A DNA stretch of 64,000 bases, taken from positions 186,001 to 250,000 of the IMG/VR virus record IMGVR_UViG_3300027749_002876; one strand, given 5' to 3'. The translations under genes and the position numbers were made by a program. Each line of letters opens with the position of its first letter. Position 1 is the first letter of the stretch. Below, one piece after another: positions 47,333-57,106 of this stretch. The notes under the pieces are model-generated. The model had not been told where the DNA came from. It saw only the letters and a program-made list of their open reading frames with translations, and ran no database searches.

Positions 47333-47783
47333 TGTTTACCACCTTAAAGTAAATGTTTCGTAATTCGTCAGATGTATCTAAAAATCCAGGAAGTTTAGAC
47401 CATGCTGTGTCAGTTTTAATCATAGGAACACTATCACAATCTGAATACAATGATCCTAATTCTGTTATCCCATCATCAAATACACTAGGATGCTGTATCT
47501 CAAAATCAAATGTCCAACATATATATTCTTCATTATCATGTTGTTCAAACAAGAATCCAAAATTATCAAACTCATCAAATTTAATGTTTATTTGTTTAGG
47601 ATAATTTAGTATCTCGGGTTGACTACGTAATGATATAGCCTGTAATATAGTATCAAAATTACATTGTGTGTTACGTTTATGTAACCAAATGTTTTCATCC
47701 TCATCAAGTGCAGGTTTATTCCTGTTAACAGTACCAGTCTGTGTAATATCAAATAACGTATAACAACTTAATGTGAAACTCAT
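47322..47783 (-). CDS. hypothetical late protein (start revised to MSFTLS)
   Basis: CTAAATA 5 nt before ATG. Confidence 0.7.
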   Translation of the reverse strand: MSFTLSCYTLFDITQTGTVNRNKPALDEDENIWLHKRNTQCNFDTILQAISLRSQPEILNYPKQINIKFDEFDNFGFLFEQHDNEEYICWTFDFEIQHPSVFDDGITELGSLYSDCDSVPMIKTDTAWSKLPGFLDTSDELRNIYFKVVNNES

Positions 47784-47799
47784 ACATGTATTTAGAGGC

Positions 47800-47829
47800 A
47801 AAAAAAATCCGAGAATAAATCTCGGATTT
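47800..47829 (-). terminator. intrinsic terminator
   Basis: AAATCCGAGA / TCTCGGATTT with T-run on the minus strand. Confidence 0.85.
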
Positions 47830-47849
47830 CTTTGAAGTTAAACTTCTAA

Positions 47850-48272
47850 TTAGCTTGCGCTTGTAGCTGTAGAAGCTAGGCGGAAACCAACGTTAGTAAC
47901 AACAGCGCCACTTAGGTCATAACCATTAACTGTACCTAAAGCACGAACTTGTGTTTGTAGTGCAGCCGCAGTGTATGCGCCAACTGGGTAAACAGCAACA
48001 GACATGTTAGTTGTGTTTGAAGTAGCTTGAACAGCGTACATCATAACTGTTGATAACTGCTCAATTGAAACCATAACTTGTGCAACCATCTCGTCAACAC
48101 CTAATTGGTCTGTAGGAGCTGCACCTAGATCGAAACCAAAGAAGTCCATTGCTGGACCGATAAAGTTTGTAGTTGTGCCGTTAGCCGCAGTATTTGGTGC
48201 TACTGGGCCGTTTTGTACGTCCATTGCGAATACTGGTTGTGCATCGCCGTGTGTTCTTGTAAATTGTGCCAT
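47850..48272 (-). CDS. small virion protein, possibly capsid decoration
   Basis: own late promoter (48318-48325), 5' hairpin TGAATC/GATTCA, AAGGA SD and terminator. Confidence 0.55.
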   Translation of the reverse strand: MAQFTRTHGDAQPVFAMDVQNGPVAPNTAANGTTTNFIGPAMDFFGFDLGAAPTDQLGVDEMVAQVMVSIEQLSTVMMYAVQATSNTTNMSVAVYPVGAYTAAALQTQVRALGTVNGYDLSGAVVTNVGFRLASTATSAS

Positions 48273-48354
48273 GATAAAAATCCTTTAAAAGTTTTGAATC
48301 ATATAGATTCATACACTTATTTATGCCTGGCAATGAAAAAAGTTGGTTTTGGGC

Positions 48355-49506
48355 TTATCTTCCAGCAAGATTTTGACGACTAAAGCCCATTCTATCTACA
48401 AATTTAAGCCCGTGACTTACAAAACCCTCTTGAGTTTGTGTGCCATTATCTAAATAACCTTTGACAGGGGCTGTCATTGCGGCTTTATTAAGCTGATCCA
48501 CAATGTTCATTTTGAGATTATAGATGGCTACCCATATAGTAAATGCACCCACTACTCCATTTTTGTTAACTTCTAAATGCTGATTAATCTTCTCACGCAT
48601 CTTATCAGTCATTGGTCTTGACTGAACATACTCAATAAATCCTGCATACAAATCATTCAAGTCACCCGCTACAATACGCTTATTAATATATGTAGTAAAT
48701 AATTGATTGAATGTATTTCTAGCCTGGGGCGCAGTGGTCATTAATTGCTCTACTGCTTCTCCATATTTTTGTATAGTTGCTTGTGCTTTTTTAAATAATG
48801 TTGAATTAATTTTCAAGTTAGGTGTGATTGGCATTTTAGCAGGCAATATAGCTACATCACTGTTATTCTTAAGATTACCAATAGTTCCATCTAATGGGGA
48901 TGATTGGTCGGTTGTTAATGCGGTCGGTGGAATAAATCCGTGTACTACAATACCAGAATTTTTACCATCTAAAAATTTACCCAAGTCGCTGTTTGCATCT
49001 ACTGTATATGTAATACCTTTAGGGTTTGCTTTGAATGTGTATAGCCCGTTCTTTTCTGCTAATGGTTTACTGAATAACAAATCACCCCAATAATAACCCT
49101 TGCTTCTATCGGACTTCTCTAAGCCAGGCCATATCTGTGCAATTAACTGATGCAAATCTGAACGATTTACTCCACGTGCCATATCATACTGAGCAAACTG
49201 TTCCGGGCTGAATACTTGACGACCACTACCATCTTTCTTGTTGAACATATGTTTGTCTAATATAGTGAACTTACCATTACTGTTACGTCCAAATATCAAT
49301 GCAGGGTAACCATCCCATTTGATTGTTACTTTTTCTGGATTAGCTACTGTATCGGCCATTGCTTGTATGGCTTGATTAGCACCCTGTGTGCCACGCAAAA
49401 ATATCAAATCTTCAGGATGATCTAAGTGACCCTTATCTTCGGCTATGACATTGGTGATATTATCTACTTTATTTCTAAGTAGTGCTAATGCTTCGGATAG
49501 ATTCAT
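48355..49506 (-). CDS. ligase/capping-enzyme superfamily nucleotidyltransferase-like protein (DUF6267-like)
   Basis: TIKWDG (KxDG motif I), WGDLLF, QEGFV, LKFVDR. Confidence 0.6.
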   Translation of the reverse strand: MNLSEALALLRNKVDNITNVIAEDKGHLDHPEDLIFLRGTQGANQAIQAMADTVANPEKVTIKWDGYPALIFGRNSNGKFTILDKHMFNKKDGSGRQVFSPEQFAQYDMARGVNRSDLHQLIAQIWPGLEKSDRSKGYYWGDLLFSKPLAEKNGLYTFKANPKGITYTVDANSDLGKFLDGKNSGIVVHGFIPPTALTTDQSSPLDGTIGNLKNNSDVAILPAKMPITPNLKINSTLFKKAQATIQKYGEAVEQLMTTAPQARNTFNQLFTTYINKRIVAGDLNDLYAGFIEYVQSRPMTDKMREKINQHLEVNKNGVVGAFTIWVAIYNLKMNIVDQLNKAAMTAPVKGYLDNGTQTQEGFVSHGLKFVDRMGFSRQNLAGR

Positions 49507-51006
49507 TTACAGCTTGCCTTGCTTTTTTAACATGTCTAACATTTTAGCATCGTCAGGATTGTTCGGATCTAATTTATTACCACCAACCGATAGGTCAGAA
49601 CTGCTTGCTAATTCTTTTTGTAGGGCTGCCAATATTTTTTGTTTGTTTGCAGGAGTCAAATCTTTTAATAAACCCTGAATCTGTTGATATGCTGTTTTAG
49701 TTTTTTGACCTGATGCATTATTGGATGTAGTGTTAGGTGCAGTTGTATTAGGTGGAGTTGTATTATTAGGTGGAGTTGTATTATTAGGTGGAGTATTTTT
49801 TGGTTGTTCTTCAGCTTGAGCATGTTGTACAGCCCATGCCAAATCAGCTAATTTAGGTAATACTGATTTACCTTTATCTTTATTATAAGTTTGTTCTAGC
49901 TCTTTAGCCAATTCTTTTAATCTAGAAACTACTGCCCTATCACTTATAGTGACACCCTTCATAAACTGTGTGAAGAAGTTAGTGATATATTGACTAATAG
50001 ATTGTTTAGACCTTGAAGCTTCAGATAAGATATTTTCAAACAAAAAGTTTAGTTTATCAAATTTAGAATCTTCAGCAACCCTATCACCACCTAAGTTTTG
50101 AGCCATCTGTCCAAATGCATTTTTTCCTGAATTTTTAAGTCTGGAATTGCGCTTAAACTGATTTTCAGGTTTTGTAACAGGTTCCATAATATCTGCTTGT
50201 TTTTTCTGTCTGACATTAGCCGCACTTTTATTAAACTGATCTGCAGGTAATTTACTCATTGGAGACATTTGGTCTTGAGCAGTTTGTGTTGCACTTGTTT
50301 GTTTCTGTTGTCTTGTACTAGTAGCTGTTTTATTAAACTGGTCTGCAGGTAATTTACTCATTGGAGACATTTGGTCTTGAGCGTTCTGAGTAGCAACACC
50401 CTGTTTTTGTTGTCTTGTACTAGTAGCTGTTTTATTGAATTGGTCTGTAGGTAGCTTACTGAATTGACCATTCTGAGACATTTGGTCTTGAGCTACACCG
50501 GCTGCGGCAGCTTGTTTTTCTTGTCTGATTTGCTCTGGAGATTTTTTAGTAGTTGCCAACTGATTAGCCATCTGACCAAAAGCATTTGCTCCTGTTTCTG
50601 GAGATTGTTTAGGAGTTGTTAACTGATTAGCCATCTGACCAAAAGCATTTGCTCCTGCTGTAGGTGCACCTGCAGGTGTCGTAACTGGTGTCGTAACTGG
50701 TGTAACTTTTGGATTAGCAATAGGAGTATTAACTTTTGTTGTTACAGGCTTAGTTACGGCAGAAGAATTACCGGAAGTGTTAAGGTCAATCAATCCACTA
50801 CTAATGCCACTTTGTAATCCACTATACGCACGACTGGTGAAATTCTTAATGAATTCATCTTTAACCATCTGGTCTTGTGTACTTAATACATTCTTGCGAC
50901 CCAATGAGCCTAATCCAGTTCTAAGAGCGGCGGATCCATAATCGCCTATAAATGAGCTTAGGTCTATTTCATTTAGTTTGGGTTTTTTAAATTCAGTCAG
51001 CTTCAC
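49507..51006 (-). CDS. low-complexity repeat protein, probable head-internal
   Basis: MKLTEF...LNE start; internal Q/T/A-rich repeats. Confidence 0.65.
   Translation of the reverse strand: MKLTEFKKPKLNEIDLSSFIGDYGSAALRTGLGSLGRKNVLSTQDQMVKDEFIKNFTSRAYSGLQSGISSGLIDLNTSGNSSAVTKPVTTKVNTPIANPKVTPVTTPVTTPAGAPTAGANAFGQMANQLTTPKQSPETGANAFGQMANQLATTKKSPEQIRQEKQAAAAGVAQDQMSQNGQFSKLPTDQFNKTATSTRQQKQGVATQNAQDQMSPMSKLPADQFNKTATSTRQQKQTSATQTAQDQMSPMSKLPADQFNKSAANVRQKKQADIMEPVTKPENQFKRNSRLKNSGKNAFGQMAQNLGGDRVAEDSKFDKLNFLFENILSEASRSKQSISQYITNFFTQFMKGVTISDRAVVSRLKELAKELEQTYNKDKGKSVLPKLADLAWAVQHAQAEEQPKNTPPNNTTPPNNTTPPNTTAPNTTSNNASGQKTKTAYQQIQGLLKDLTPANKQKILAALQKELASSSDLSVGGNKLDPNNPDDAKMLDMLKKQGKL
50195..50655 (-). 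repeat. intragenic repeats: about 3 x 102-111 bp (QDQMS..SKLP.DQFNK) and 2 x GANAFGQMANQL
   Basis: near-identical DNA copies; an additional 18-bp PPNNTT tandem near 49745-49796; boundaries approximate. Confidence 0.85.
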
Positions 51007-51241
51007 GGTTTTTCCTTAATGATTTGGAAAACTTTGCCTGATCCTTGCTCTTTATAGCACCTAACAGTTTACGCTCTAAAATGGCGGCTTGTTCAGGACT
51101 ATAGTTACGATTAATCATCTCTATTAGATTAATAGCACTTGTGATAATATTGTGGCCACGACTCTCAATAATGTGGGTCGTGTCCCTATTATTACCAATA
51201 GCTTCTAATTCCTCTAGTAGACTGCGAGTTTGTTTTTGCAT
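50993..51241 (-). CDS. hypothetical late protein
   Basis: 82 aa; late promoter at 51258-51265; AGGA SD. Confidence 0.75.
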   Translation of the reverse strand: MQKQTRSLLEELEAIGNNRDTTHIIESRGHNIITSAINLIEMINRNYSPEQAAILERKLLGAIKSKDQAKFSKSLRKNREAD

Positions 51242-51249
51242 ATTAGTTT

Positions 51250-51275
51250 CCTAATAGTATTTATCTACTCTTAGG
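51250..51275 (-). promoter_or_regulatory. late promoter in the loop of a hairpin overlapping the SD
   Basis: minus strand CCTAA-G-AGTA-GATAAA-TACT-A-TTAGG. Confidence 0.6.
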
Positions 51276-51277
51276 TT

Positions 51278-52720
51278 TTATTTCTTTAAACTATTAAGCA
51301 TTGCCTTCAATTTTGACCCCTGCACATCTGCTATAATACGCTTGTTTTCAGGCTCAAGTATCTCTCCTGTAGCTTGGTCTATGATAGGTTCAGTTGATAA
51401 TAACACAGATTGTGGCTTTAAGCTACTCATAATATCATTAGCACTGGGTTTGGGAGTATAACTATTCTCATTGTCAGGATCGCTATCGCTGATACGCATT
51501 GTCTCAATATCATAATCTAAGTCAATCTTTTGACCTACACCAGTTGAACTACGTGACTTCATACACTGAATTTGATACTTTCCACGCTCTCGCATACTGC
51601 GACTTGTAAAGATACCAAACACGTTATCTGCTGTATTAATCTTACTGATACCACCAGCAATATGACTATGGTCAAACTCAATCTCATCAACTGCACTACG
51701 ATTTAACTGACTTGCAGTAACCATCAATATGCCTAATTCTTTTGCTAAGTTACGCAATTCTTCTGCTACATACTTGTCTTTGATAAACTGGTCGTTAGGA
51801 TTAACTTTAACAGAAACTGGCATAACCAAATCTAAGTAGTCAACCATTACAAAGTCAATCTTAATACCTGTTTGAATTTGTACTTCTTTTAAATAAGCAC
51901 GAATGTCATTTACGTTACTTTGTGCAGGTAATCCTTTAACACGATACTGCCCAGACTTCTTTCCGACCATCTTAACTTTAAGACTAGTAGTATCAATGTC
52001 TTTACGAATTGCTTTAGTTCCCATCATAGTCAACATAGCATCTGTTCTTAATGATGTTAGTTCTTCACTCAGTTCTAGTGTTACATATACACCACTCATT
52101 CCCTGTTTCAACCAGTTCAAAGCAATATTCATCATAACCAAACTTTTACCTGAACCACTGCCACCTGCAAAGATGTTGAGTTCACCACGACTAAATCCAC
52201 CATATAAGATACGATCCATTTGTGGCCAGCCTGTACTTACTTGTCCACCATTGTTAAAGTATTTGTTGATACGTGCTGCCGGGTCATAGAAGTAATCAGT
52301 TCCCATGTCTTTTTGTAAACTAATTTGTACCGCATCTTTAATCAATTTCTCAACAGGATCAAAGTCACCCTTCTCAAGTAAGTCTGCCGCTTTAAGAATA
52401 GCACGTTCTAATTCTTGTCGTTTAGTAAATGATTCAAACTCATCCAAGAACCAATCAAATTGATTAGGACTGAAGTTGGGTATAATATCAATGTCTTGCC
52501 CTGTAATAGCTTTGATTTGTGCAGGATCGGGCAAAATACTATATTTTGTTGAATGCTCTTTGTACAAATTTGCAACCGGGCGCAATGACCTATCAAAATT
52601 ATCACTGTTCAATATGTTCATAACTCTGGTATAGAGTTCTGCTTCAGTAATCATTATACGCAAAAATATCTTTTGCACTTCTATACCATACTCTTTTTTA
52701 TTTTCGTAATCTTTTTTCAA
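51278..52720 (-). CDS. gp41: replicative DnaB-family helicase (gp41-like); start uncertain
   Basis: GGSGSGKS, TLEL, VDYLD, TASQLNR, KSRSS. Confidence 0.92.
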   Translation of the reverse strand: MKKDYENKKEYGIEVQKIFLRIMITEAELYTRVMNILNSDNFDRSLRPVANLYKEHSTKYSILPDPAQIKAITGQDIDIIPNFSPNQFDWFLDEFESFTKRQELERAILKAADLLEKGDFDPVEKLIKDAVQISLQKDMGTDYFYDPAARINKYFNNGGQVSTGWPQMDRILYGGFSRGELNIFAGGSGSGKSLVMMNIALNWLKQGMSGVYVTLELSEELTSLRTDAMLTMMGTKAIRKDIDTTSLKVKMVGKKSGQYRVKGLPAQSNVNDIRAYLKEVQIQTGIKIDFVMVDYLDLVMPVSVKVNPNDQFIKDKYVAEELRNLAKELGILMVTASQLNRSAVDEIEFDHSHIAGGISKINTADNVFGIFTSRSMRERGKYQIQCMKSRSSTGVGQKIDLDYDIETMRISDSDPDNENSYTPKPSANDIMSSLKPQSVLLSTEPIIDQATGEILEPENKRIIADVQGSKLKAMLNSLKK

Positions 52721-53675
52721 TTTTTTTCCTTTGTAGTTCTATTTTGATTTTGCTTGCCGTTGCACTACTCAATATACTGAGCAATGTAGGCAACTTACCA
52801 TACTTAACTACCGCGTCATTCACATCTTTAACATCATCTTCCCAATTGGGAATACTAATACTATAACCTAATTCTAATGCTCTATCACATGTTTCTAAAC
52901 CAGTTTCATCTCTATCGGGAATAAAAATAATTTGTTTATTTAATTGTGCTAGTAATTGTACTTGAGTATCATTGATTGTATTATGTGTTAACGCACAAGC
53001 ATTTAAACTTAATGCATCAAAAATACCTTCAACTAACAAACATACTTCCCAATTAGGTTTCTGAAAGTCATAACCAAATACATAGCCAGGTTGTTGCTCG
53101 TTAATATATTTTGGGATTTTGTTATCTAAGAATCTACTTGTATGACCTACAATTTTGTTCTTGTAAGTATAGGGGATAATAATTCTGTTTGACTGTCTGC
53201 CAGTGTCATTAGGTGTAACTAAGAACGGGTAGTCATTATAATTTATCAGTCTTGCAGACAAGTAATCAACGTATACTTTGTGTAATGGATTACTTACATC
53301 TAATATTTCAGCTTCAGGGAGTTTATGTTCTTCAAATTTTATTTTTGTTTTTTGTTTCTTAAGATGAGCAAAATCTAACAGATCCCTATATTGCAGACTT
53401 TCTAAACTCCATCGTTGAATTTGAATATCATCTATACCACACCATTTTAATAAACTTTTAGTAATCTCACTAATTTGTTTACCTAAGGTGAACCCACATT
53501 TAAACCCACAATTGAAACAGGCATATGACCAGTTTTCTCCGTCTTTTTTAACACCACCTCTACCTCTAGTGTCAGATTTGTGCCCACGATGATGACAGCA
53601 TATAGCATTAAAGCTATGCCATCCACCTTGTGTTATTTTTTTCTTTCCGGGAATTACTGACAGTATATCAAACAT
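52698..53675 (-). CDS. gp61: DNA primase (gp61-like)
   Basis: N-terminal zinc ribbon (CC...CFNC), RIIIP, TOPRIM EGIFD, DRDETG, KDVND. Confidence 0.88.
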   Translation of the reverse strand: MFDILSVIPGKKKITQGGWHSFNAICCHHRGHKSDTRGRGGVKKDGENWSYACFNCGFKCGFTLGKQISEITKSLLKWCGIDDIQIQRWSLESLQYRDLLDFAHLKKQKTKIKFEEHKLPEAEILDVSNPLHKVYVDYLSARLINYNDYPFLVTPNDTGRQSNRIIIPYTYKNKIVGHTSRFLDNKIPKYINEQQPGYVFGYDFQKPNWEVCLLVEGIFDALSLNACALTHNTINDTQVQLLAQLNKQIIFIPDRDETGLETCDRALELGYSISIPNWEDDVKDVNDAVVKYGKLPTLLSILSSATASKIKIELQRKKIEKRLRK

Positions 53676-53681
53676 CTATGT

Positions 53682-53710
53682 AGTATAACATATCTGTCAC
53701 AGATAAACAA
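53682..53710 (-). promoter_or_regulatory. sigma70-type promoter TTGTTT-N17-TATACT, 6 nt before the primase ATG
   Basis: motif and spacing; spacer contains the inverted repeat TATCTGT-C-ACAGATA (53691-53705). Confidence 0.65.
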
Positions 53711-53723
53711 CAGTTTAGGTTGA

Positions 53724-54491
53724 TTATCTTGACAAAATATTGGTTACTGCCCCGTTATTACTTTCAAATTGCATTCTAATATACGGGTGATAACCTTGAA
53801 CCACGTATCCTATTGTATCAGTTTCAGCAGTATAAGTATCGGTTAATATGGGATACCAATCACCGTCTACAATAGTAGAACCTTCAATAACAATATTGCC
53901 ATAGAAGTCACTATATTGTGCTTGTAGTGTTAATATAGGACTATCATTTGTATCTATAACACTGGTATAATATGTTAGGTCACTATCACTATTACCTTCA
54001 GGGTTAGTATTTGGGAATACTTGTCCAGTAGGAATACTGATTGGCATTGAAGGAATAAAGCTAGGTAATACACTGTTAACAATATTCATATCGCCGCGGG
54101 CACCTGCATTGCTATCAACAAATACAGGATAGTCAAACTCTCCTACAGGAATTTCTAATGAGTAATAACATTTTTGTGCGTCAATACCTGCAAGGTCTGC
54201 TGGATTTAAAAATAATGCGGCAATACCGGTTGCAGGTAATTGTAGTGTTAATGCTTTTTGTAATAGGACCACGTTACCTTCATAATTGATAATTCTACAG
54301 GTTATTGATTTACCAGTAATATCTACGGGTTTTTGTTCTTGGTTTAAGAACTGAAACTGAATCTGGTTGTCTACACCCTTATTAAGAGTTAGAGGTTTGG
54401 CATACTGAGGCATATAGCTCCTTGGGGAAAATCCTGTTAAAAGTATAACGATTTGTCTTTGTGTATAGACGAAAACTTGAGTTGAGTACAT
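53724..54491 (-). CDS. virion structural protein (start revised to MYSTQV)
   Basis: GATAAATA 5 nt before ATG; beta-rich; KGVDN.IQFQFLNQEQKPVD. Confidence 0.6.
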   Translation of the reverse strand: MYSTQVFVYTQRQIVILLTGFSPRSYMPQYAKPLTLNKGVDNQIQFQFLNQEQKPVDITGKSITCRIINYEGNVVLLQKALTLQLPATGIAALFLNPADLAGIDAQKCYYSLEIPVGEFDYPVFVDSNAGARGDMNIVNSVLPSFIPSMPISIPTGQVFPNTNPEGNSDSDLTYYTSVIDTNDSPILTLQAQYSDFYGNIVIEGSTIVDGDWYPILTDTYTAETDTIGYVVQGYHPYIRMQFESNNGAVTNILSR

Positions 54492-54558
54492 AATGATATT
54501 TATCAAAATATATTGCCAGGCATTCCTGTGATAAATATTTCGGTCAATAATTATAATA

Positions 54559-54939
54559 ATGATTCAAAACGAATTTTTTAACAAACTATCTCAAAATCAC
54601 CCGTTCATAACCATATGTTCATACGCCAACCAAGATTATGTTGGAATAGTACAAAATAGAGATGATATAGTCACCACTATATATGACTATGGAGCTATTA
54701 TTGATAATATAGCTAGAGAAAAATTCTTAGAATTAGGTGATATTTGGTGGTGGGAAAGTAATAGACTTATCCCTATTAACCTGTTCTTAAAAGACGAATG
54801 GACTATCTTTAAACCATATCTTAGAACATTCAATAACAAAAGCTTAACAGTCATACACGGCCCAACGTGTAGTATGTCTGAACTAAACAAACGTAGAAGT
54901 AAACGCCGTAGTATTACCCTTGTTAAACGGATTTTGTAA
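54559..54939 (+). CDS. hypothetical late protein
   Basis: 126 aa; GATAAATA at 54530-54537. Confidence 0.75.
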   Translation: MIQNEFFNKLSQNHPFITICSYANQDYVGIVQNRDDIVTTIYDYGAIIDNIAREKFLELGDIWWWESNRLIPINLFLKDEWTIFKPYLRTFNNKSLTVIHGPTCSMSELNKRRSKRRSITLVKRIL

Positions 54940-55495
54940 GTAAGTTCATATGTACTACTACTAGTTGGCTATAGGATAAGCTGTGACTTTTTTTGAAACT
55001 ATACCCATCGTCTCCTTTGTCCCAGATAGTCATACTGACTTCTTTCCAACTCTTACCAATTAAATGTCTTTTAGCTGGGCGAATCAATGCTAAAAACATT
55101 GCTAATCTAGGAATACTATCAATAGGTTCAGGCATTTTTTTAATAGATTGATAATGATTTCCTAAATGAATTAGTTTCTCAACAAATTCTCTGTCATTTA
55201 ACTTAGACCAATCAGGGTCTGCCATCAATTCAACTAAATGTTTTTCATTTTGTACTTGTGAGTATACATGAACATTCAATAAATCTAATTTAAAATATCC
55301 ACGACTTTCTGCCACAACATAATCAATTGCTGCCATATCATTTACAGGATCATAAGGAATATCAGTAACATATACACCAGTAGCATGTTTACGCATAGGT
55401 TTAGCATTACGCATAGCGGCAGGCGTGTGTTTAATAAGTTGTAATAACTTGTCTCTATCACCAAAATCAATGTCAATGTCTGATTCTATTCTCAT
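54923..55495 (-). CDS. dnaE: DnaE-like minimal catalytic fragment
   Basis: DIDIDF, HATGVYV, YFKLDLL, LALIRP, GYSFKKSH..Y in canonical order within 190 aa. Confidence 0.85.
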   Translation of the reverse strand: MRIESDIDIDFGDRDKLLQLIKHTPAAMRNAKPMRKHATGVYVTDIPYDPVNDMAAIDYVVAESRGYFKLDLLNVHVYSQVQNEKHLVELMADPDWSKLNDREFVEKLIHLGNHYQSIKKMPEPIDSIPRLAMFLALIRPAKRHLIGKSWKEVSMTIWDKGDDGYSFKKSHSLSYSQLVVVHMNLLTKSV

Positions 55496-56046
55496 CTTGG
55501 AGGTGCTACCAATTCTGCTTTCATTAATTTAGTATACGCTTTTTGTACAACAATAGCTTGTCTTTCGGCATCTTCTACTGCTTTGTGACTAGTCACGTGA
55601 CCACCGTCTTTAAGACTTACGCCGGTTATCTCGTACAAGGTACGTGTATCTCTAACGGTGTAGAAAGGCCAAGGGATTCGCATTTCAAGGTTTCGCCAGG
55701 CCGACTCTGCCACAACCACATCGAATGATGCACCGTTACTCCAAACAGCACGGCGATTCCAACAAAACTTATAAAGTATTTCCATACATTCTCTAAACGG
55801 AATTCTGCCGTGTTCTCCCATAGCCTCTTCAAGTGCTGCCGGGCTTTGCTCACTCCACCATCGTAATGTATCTTCATTTATACTCCTATTATAAATTTCT
55901 GTTTGTTCTTCAATCGTTGGTCGTAACTCTAATCTTTCAACAACACCACTACCTTTAGGATCAAATCTTACTGCGCCAATGGTTAGTATAACACAATCAG
56001 GACTTGTGTCAAGTGTTTCCATATCAATCATTATATCTTGTGCCAT
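55492..56046 (-). CDS. DEDDh 3'-5' exonuclease
   Basis: IDMETL, WSNGASFD, RDTRT, HKAVEDA. Confidence 0.88.
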   Translation of the reverse strand: MAQDIMIDMETLDTSPDCVILTIGAVRFDPKGSGVVERLELRPTIEEQTEIYNRSINEDTLRWWSEQSPAALEEAMGEHGRIPFRECMEILYKFCWNRRAVWSNGASFDVVVAESAWRNLEMRIPWPFYTVRDTRTLYEITGVSLKDGGHVTSHKAVEDAERQAIVVQKAYTKLMKAELVAPPR

Positions 56047-56047
56047 A

Positions 56048-56398
56048 TTATGCCTGTAATGTTTTCCAAATATATTTCTTCTCTAAGTAATCTTGTAGCT
56101 TCAATGCTTCATCTTCACTATTGAATGCCACACCTTTAATCTCATACATATCTTCTAGGTATCTAGCATATTCTCCATTAATGTCTTGTGCCCAAGTGTT
56201 TAATGTAATCCACATAATATCAAGTTCGTCTTTTACAATCGACATGCTAATACCAACTTCATCACTACCGATATCTTCAAATAGTACATCTAACAGTTTT
56301 TTCTTAATAGCAAACGTTTGAATGTTACCCCATTTAGGCCATGATACTAGGAATTTACCTTTTTGTAAAGAGGTTATGGGAAAAGGTTTATTGTTCAT
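56048..56398 (-). CDS. hypothetical protein (possible divergent array member)
   Basis: VAFNSEDEA motif; ATGA coupling. Confidence 0.65.
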   Translation of the reverse strand: MNNKPFPITSLQKGKFLVSWPKWGNIQTFAIKKKLLDVLFEDIGSDEVGISMSIVKDELDIMWITLNTWAQDINGEYARYLEDMYEIKGVAFNSEDEALKLQDYLEKKYIWKTLQA

Positions 56399-56661
56399 TG
56401 GAATTTTAATAAAAATATTAGGTACTTCTTTTCGTCAACAATCTCATAACCATCTGTTATATTACCATTAACTATGTTCATCTTTAAGCCATATTGTCCA
56501 GTAAGATAATCTTCAAAATCATATGCGTCAAACTCTTTGTTCTGTGCCATATATTCTTTACGAACTTTCTTCAATGCTTCCCAATAGTTCCAACGATTTC
56601 TACGTTGGTCTATACTTGGATCATCGTCATCGTAGTCCTGTATGTGAGGTATTGATGCCAT
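56395..56661 (-). CDS. small hypothetical protein, 'LRW'-type family (start revised to MASIPH)
   Basis: ends EIVDEKKYLIFLLKFQ; TGATG overlap. Confidence 0.7.
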   Translation of the reverse strand: MASIPHIQDYDDDDPSIDQRRNRWNYWEALKKVRKEYMAQNKEFDAYDFEDYLTGQYGLKMNIVNGNITDGYEIVDEKKYLIFLLKFQ

Positions 56662-56897
56662 CAACTCCACCTTAACGTGAACAAAATGTAATCTTTTTCA
56701 TATCTAAACTTGAAACTGATTAGGTCATCGTCAGTTATACCCCATCTACAATGTCTTTCGTGTTTACCAATATTGGTTTCTAACCATTTAACTATTTCGT
56801 TATATTTGTCAAGATGTTTAGCATGTACTGAACATTCATGCCAACCGGGTTTGGTGTTTTCCCATCCAGCATCATAGTCATAATGTTCATATATCAT
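56661..56897 (-). CDS. small hypothetical protein, 'LRW' family (start likely MIYEHY)
   Basis: ends FKFRYEKDYILFTLRWS; ATGA overlap. Confidence 0.7.
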   Translation of the reverse strand: MIYEHYDYDAGWENTKPGWHECSVHAKHLDKYNEIVKWLETNIGKHERHCRWGITDDDLISFKFRYEKDYILFTLRWS

Positions 56898-57106
56898 TGC
56901 CATCTCAGCGAAAACCAAAAAGCATCTTTTTCATTTCTAAAATGCCAGCTATAACTTTTAGGATCATCTCTTCCTACCCAAAAACATGTCCAATTGCCTG
57001 TCTTTCTACCAACAGCAAACCATCGTTCTCCTATGTTATCTCTGCACCATTCTTCTACTTCGTATCCAAGTTTCTTAGTAATTACAGTGTATGGCAATTC
57101 TTTCAT
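56894..57106 (-). CDS. small hypothetical protein, 'LRW' family (start revised to MKELPY)
   Basis: ends WHFRNEKDAFWFSLRWQ; ATGA overlap. Confidence 0.7.
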   Translation of the reverse strand: MKELPYTVITKKLGYEVEEWCRDNIGERWFAVGRKTGNWTCFWVGRDDPKSYSWHFRNEKDAFWFSLRWQ

